Below, piece after piece: positions 19,418 through 20,000 of a stretch of DNA of 20,000 bases; position 1 is the stretch's first letter; the number at the start of each line of letters is the position of its first letter. The DNA comes from Sphaeroforma arctica JP610 (taxonomy: Eukaryota), in the NCBI RefSeq assembly GCF_001186125.1, contig NW_014040433.1, positions 76,631 through 96,630 on the forward strand. The letters are read 5' to 3'. Made by a program: the position numbers and the translations under genes. The notes below the pieces were generated by a model. It was not told where the DNA came from. It did not search any database and saw nothing but the letters and a program-made list of their open reading frames with translations.

Positions 19418-20000
19418 TATATATATATATGATATATATATGTATGTATGCATATATTTATGTATATATGTACACATATATACTTACACACAGAAATATA
19501 CATAACCGAAAAATATAAAGGCAAATTGACATACATATATACATACACACATACATGAACACATAGATACACACGTAAAATACACATGAAAAGATACATA
19601 TATACATATCCACATGTGCACACACACAACTACACATAAAAATCATACATATACAAATACATACATACATGCAAAAAAAGCATATATGCATACAAACATA
19701 CACATTGACATTCATAGACACACACACACCTATGTATATATATATATAAATATATATATATATTATAATATATGAATATATAAATATATAAATATATATA
19801 CATGTATATATATATATTTAAAAACATACACACAACAACACATACACACACGCACACATACATACACACACACACACACTACATATAAATATATAAATAC
19901 ATCTACATACATGCTTAACATACACACACCACACACACACACCACACACACTAATATAATATATATATATATTATAATTATATAACATATACCATATATA
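18880..20000. repeat. >1.1-kb low-complexity CA/TA/TACA microsatellite field, presumably a 5' intron of THP3/LENG8
   Basis: Strongly G-poor on the + strand; its ORFs are Y/I/H/T or V/C/M repeats. Confidence 0.92.

Noticed and set aside
8511..19951. Many Y/I/H/T- or V/C/M-rich ORFs
   Set aside because: Translations of TA/CA microsatellites in introns.

Overview
Eukaryotic, intron-rich genomic DNA with introns full of (TA)n/(CA)n/(TACA)n microsatellites. The style resembles ichthyosporean/unicellular holozoan genomes such as Sphaeroforma; that is inference only. Manual splicing (GT-AG, phase-checked) gives four genes: (1) the 3' four exons of a + strand Ser/Thr-rich, probably extracellular protein (190-1951); (2) a 2-exon - strand HXXEE-like membrane protein ending in KKxx (3511-4833); (3) an intronless - strand Ser/Thr kinase (5497-6432); (4) 15 exons of a - strand THP3/LENG8 (SAC3/GANP-PCI family) gene (8344-18733, 5' end outside the window). 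There are also 41-bp and 22-bp minisatellites. The most unusual signal is a recurrent pattern of 'exon echoes'. In all four genes the 3' end of a coding segment (last codons plus splice donor or stop codon) reappears as degenerate copies just downstream: 4 copies behind one THP3 exon, 4 behind another, a ~150-bp copy of the kinase C-terminus, and weaker cases elsewhere. One THP3 exon is 1 nt out of phase at a G8/C8 homopolymer. No prokaryotic systems, RNA genes or CRISPR arrays could be supported.
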